From Raillietiella orientalis (lineage: Eukaryota), in assembly GCA_036172245.1 (NCBI GenBank), contig JAYWIR010000050.1:434001-498000 (forward strand): 64,000 bases of DNA, in the 5' to 3' direction. Within the stretch, counting starts at the first letter, position 1; every line of letters starts with the position of its first letter. Under the pieces are notes generated by a model. It saw only the letters and a list, made by a program, of their open reading frames with translations, was not told the DNA's origin and made no database searches. A program made the position numbers and the translations under genes. Below, piece by piece: positions 63,231 through 64,000 of this stretch.

Positions 63231-64000
63231 GGCACTGTGGGCGAGAGATCCACTGCGGAGCGCTAACGAGTTTCGGCGGCAAGAAAAACCTTTTTGAGTT
63301 GGAGTGACGAATGCTGTAAGTGGGATCCTCCTTGGTTGCATGTTGCCGTAATTATTAGTGGAATGGAATTCTCGGTTTGATCTCACGGAATCCAGAGTGT
63401 ATCTGACGTTTATGTAGCAAATCCGCGAATAGAGTTTAACCTGCTTTTTACACGCAGCGGCGCAAATTCGGTTATTGTTCTTTGTTTAAATGCAGTTTTT
63501 GTGGGAGCACATGTAAATATGTTTGAATGGCGTAAGTGGAAATTCGTATACGTGCACTTTTATTCGTGTAAGGTATCTTGAATACTGCTTTAAGTTGCTT
63601 AAACCCGTTGTAATTTTTTAAAGTTGAACCGAGGTTATTGGACTAATTTTCGTTGCATTAGTTTCAGTACTGTACCCATCCACAATTACCAGGCAAATCA
63701 GCTCCATGTTAGTGAACAGTGAAAGGATTTTAATCTTGTGATTAACGAATCGCAAAGTATAATTGCAAAGGCTTTTTAGAATAGTAAAATTGTAGGATTT
63801 GTAATCAACTGGATCAGTAAACCAACATTATGGGCAAGCATTTCTGGATTGCAACGTCCCAGTATCCCCATGGTGAATTCTTCATTGAGGTTGAATTTTG
63901 TGTATTTGTTATTTTGCAGGAGTTGTAAATTAGAATATTGCTTTGCAGGTTCAATGAAATATCTTCACAAGATGAAAATAAGGAACCCATCTAAGAGAGT

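Noticed and set aside
1..64000. CRISPR array, rRNA genes or a prokaryotic RT system (retron, group II intron)
   Set aside because: No repeat-spacer array or rRNA-like sequence. The context is eukaryotic, and the RTs carry a non-LTR C-terminal CCHC and a TSD.

Overview
Animal (invertebrate-type) genomic DNA with many 40-60 nt spliceosomal introns; no prokaryotic features or CRISPR arrays. I reconstructed four recognisable genes by hand: splicing factor 1 (SF1, minus, 16664-20160), an RIIAD1-like gene (minus, 23834-24172), ABCF3 (plus, 36388-45625, one GC-AG intron) and a ZMYND12-like gene (minus, 45668-51452, tail-to-tail with ABCF3). There is also an orphan three-exon gene with a polyQ tract (plus, 6923-7979). 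Region 54.4-60.7 kb is a nest of young L1/Tx1-type non-LTR retrotransposons. One 5'-truncated copy sits antisense inside the RT domain of a relative, flanked by a 13-bp target-site duplication, and three copies share a 3' UTR with covarying hairpins. Much of the remaining GC-rich DNA, which yields hundreds of spurious ORFs, appears to be decayed relics of the same family. Composition is a mosaic: AT-rich, CpG-poor domains over SF1 and the 5' part of ABCF3, and GC/CpG-rich DNA elsewhere. All homology calls come from recalled motifs and by-eye alignment; no searches were run, and relic boundaries are approximate.
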